Source: an uncultured Verrucomicrobiae bacterium (lineage in GTDB: Bacteria > Verrucomicrobiota > Verrucomicrobiia > Chthoniobacterales > JAFAMB01). Taken from it: DNA of 64,000 bases. The position numbers and the translations under genes were made by a program. The notes beneath the pieces are model-generated. The model saw only the letters and a program-made list of their open reading frames with translations, ran no database searches and was not told where the DNA came from. Below, in pieces: positions 62,331-64,000 of this stretch; position 1 is the first letter of the stretch; every line of letters starts with the position of its first letter. Location of the stretch: assembly GCA_963762565.1 (NCBI GenBank), contig CAVXLD010000005.1, forward strand, positions 512,001 through 576,000, written 5' to 3'.

Positions 62331-64000
62331 GCGCCGAAGCCCACGCATCGACCGGTATCGCTTTGTCTGGAAGCCATATCTTGAGTCTGGGCGAGACGAC
62401 GAGCCGCATTTTACAGGTCTCGAAAGGCGCTCTGGAGTTGTTCCTGGTTTTGGGAGAGCCAGGGGTAGACGCCAGGCGTCAACACCTGGCCACGGTCTCA
62501 GAAGGAAAGTCGTGCTTCGATGTTGGATTTAACTTATCAGACGCTGGTTTTACTATCTTAGTCACTGGCCAGCCTGGAACCGTCGTTCAGCTGGTAGAAA
62601 TGGACCAGCTCGACCGTCAGGAGCTCTCAGTACGATTAGGCGAGTGGCTAACCACCTTCGTTCACGGAATCTCCAAGCTGGTCAACGATGAGAGGGAGCT
62701 GCACCGTTCCGCGAAGCCGGGTCCTCTTGGGCCGATGGCAGCCGGGGAAATTTTAGGCATACCACAGGGTGTTTGCTGGTGGAGCGCCGATGGTGCGGAG
62801 GCGACGTATTTAGGCCTGGAAACTCTGCGACTCCGGTATGTCCCTTTGGTCTCGCGTGGTTGGGTCATCATCTCCAGACCGATCCCCTCTTCCCAGATCC
62901 TGGACAGTGACGAGTTTTTGGAATTAGCCGACTGGCAATCGGAGGTTGCTGCCGCGCACGATTTCCTTAGTAAAGTCATTCGCAGCGCATTGGCTAAACA
63001 GGAAGCAAAAGCGCGAGAAACGGCGGCTGAGCGATCGCAACTTCGCCAGGCAGCCGAGGATGGCGGATGGCAAGACATCGCCACCGTTCTTTCCGGCTCT
63101 CGGGAGGGGCGGTCTGCGCTGCGGTCTGCGCCCGGTGGATCTTCGGTGGGAGTCGCCTTTCAGCGCGTAGCCACCCTTCTGGGCGCGGAATTGCGATCGA
63201 TGCCAACGCTGGTCAAAGGCGGTAGCGCTTCCGCTATGGTCGGACTGTTAGCGCGAGAGGCCCAACTGCGCTGGAGAGATGTGCTGTTGACCGGGCGCTG
63301 GTTCACTCGTGACCACGGCCCAATGATTGGCTTTCTGTCGGCCTCGGATGAAGCAGTTGCCCTTTTGCCGAAGGGATCGGCCCGCTATCAAATGGTACGA
63401 GCAGACGGCACCAGAGTCCGGGTGAACGCTGCCACGGTTGGGCAGTTGCGGCCCTCAGCCATTTCGCTTTACCGCACCTTGCCATCCCGAAGCCTGGGAA
63501 TGAAGGATGTCATTCGATTCACAGCCAGGGGAAGCGCTCGCGACCTGGTGATGATCGTCACGATGATTGTCATCACCGGGCTGCTAGGCATGCTCACACC
63601 GATGGTAACCGCCAGAATCTACGATGTCATCATCCCCCAGTCAGAGCGTACCCAGATGACGCAGATCGCGCTCATTCTGATCAGCGCAGCAATTATCAAA
63701 TGTCTCTACGAGCTCGTTCGGGCCGTCTCTTTGCTACGAGTCGAAAACCGGGCACATGCCCACTTGGAAGCTGCGATCTGGGACCGGTTGCTTCGACTTC
63801 CGACGGGTTTCTTTCGAAAATTCACGGCCGGCGATCTTGCCAACCGCGCGCAGGGCATCACCACCGCTCATCAACTGCTTTCTTCAACGGGGACCACGAT
63901 TCTGTTTATCCTGCCCGCCGCCCTGTTCAACCTCATCGTAATGTTCTTTTACAGTGCGCCTTTGGCTCTCTGGGGGCTGGGAATTGCGCTGATAGGAACT
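62327..64000 (+). CDS. NHLP-family ABC exporter permease/ATPase subunit (runs off window, absent from ORF track)
   Basis: ATGA overlap with the previous gene; start and end segments are in the same frame, with LYRTLP, IIPQSER, AAIWDRLLRLPTGFFRKFTAGDLANR. Confidence 0.9.
   Translation, partial: MSAEAHASTGIALSGSHILSLGETTSRILQVSKGALELFLVLGEPGVDARRQHLATVSEGKSCFDVGFNLSDAGFTILVTGQPGTVVQLVEMDQLDRQELSVRLGEWLTTFVHGISKLVNDERELHRSAKPGPLGPMAAGEILGIPQGVCWWSADGAEATYLGLETLRLRYVPLVSRGWVIISRPIPSSQILDSDEFLELADWQSEVAAAHDFLSKVIRSALAKQEAKARETAAERSQLRQAAEDGGWQDIATVLSGSREGRSALRSAPGGSSVGVAFQRVATLLGAELRSMPTLVKGGSASAMVGLLAREAQLRWRDVLLTGRWFTRDHGPMIGFLSASDEAVALLPKGSARYQMVRADGTRVRVNAATVGQLRPSAISLYRTLPSRSLGMKDVIRFTARGSARDLVMIVTMIVITGLLGMLTPMVTARIYDVIIPQSERTQMTQIALILISAAIIKCLYELVRAVSLLRVENRAHAHLEAAIWDRLLRLPTGFFRKFTAGDLANRAQGITTAHQLLSSTGTTILFILPAALFNLIVMFFYSAPLALWGLGIALIGT

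Overview
Bacterial accessory region. A Verrucomicrobiota (Chthoniobacterales-like) origin is suggested only by the style of the intergenic repeats and the integrase, so this is inference. Left to right: (1) 1-3.3 kb, the 3' end of groEL and a stand-alone leuCD. (2) 3.3-25.6 kb, a stress/energy island: small membrane proteins, AI-2E transporter, LysR regulator, PRC-barrel, SPFH, then a long co-directional run ackA - phosphoketolase - Man-6-P isomerase - eukaryote-type phosphomannomutase - GH130 - type IIIA H+-ATPase - PPK2 - phosphatase - sugar porter, with a convergent GT4 fusion. Six clear and two weaker copies of one 38-bp LysR-like operator lie in intergenic regions across 0.7-25.6 kb. (3) 25.9-36 kb, the backbone of a mobilisable element: DUF932 behind a hairpin, coupling protein, StbABC/TraKLM-like genes, oriT region, MOBF relaxase-helicase, and no mating-pore genes. 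(4) 36.9-49.9 kb, redox/detoxification cargo with a duplicated sigma54-type promoter block and a two-kinase/two-regulator system. (5) 50.2-57.3 kb, a 5.5-kb defence cassette (XRE-ImmA/IrrE pair, AbiE) bracketed by two tRNA-Arg 3' halves, then a tyrosine integrase followed by a tRNA-Lys 3' half on the opposite strand. (6) 58-64 kb, a LytTR regulator and an NHLP-type RiPP export triad that runs off the window. Many genes between 21 and 57 kb carry single-base frameshifts that look like long-read indel errors. All family assignments come from motif recognition by eye; no database search was run.
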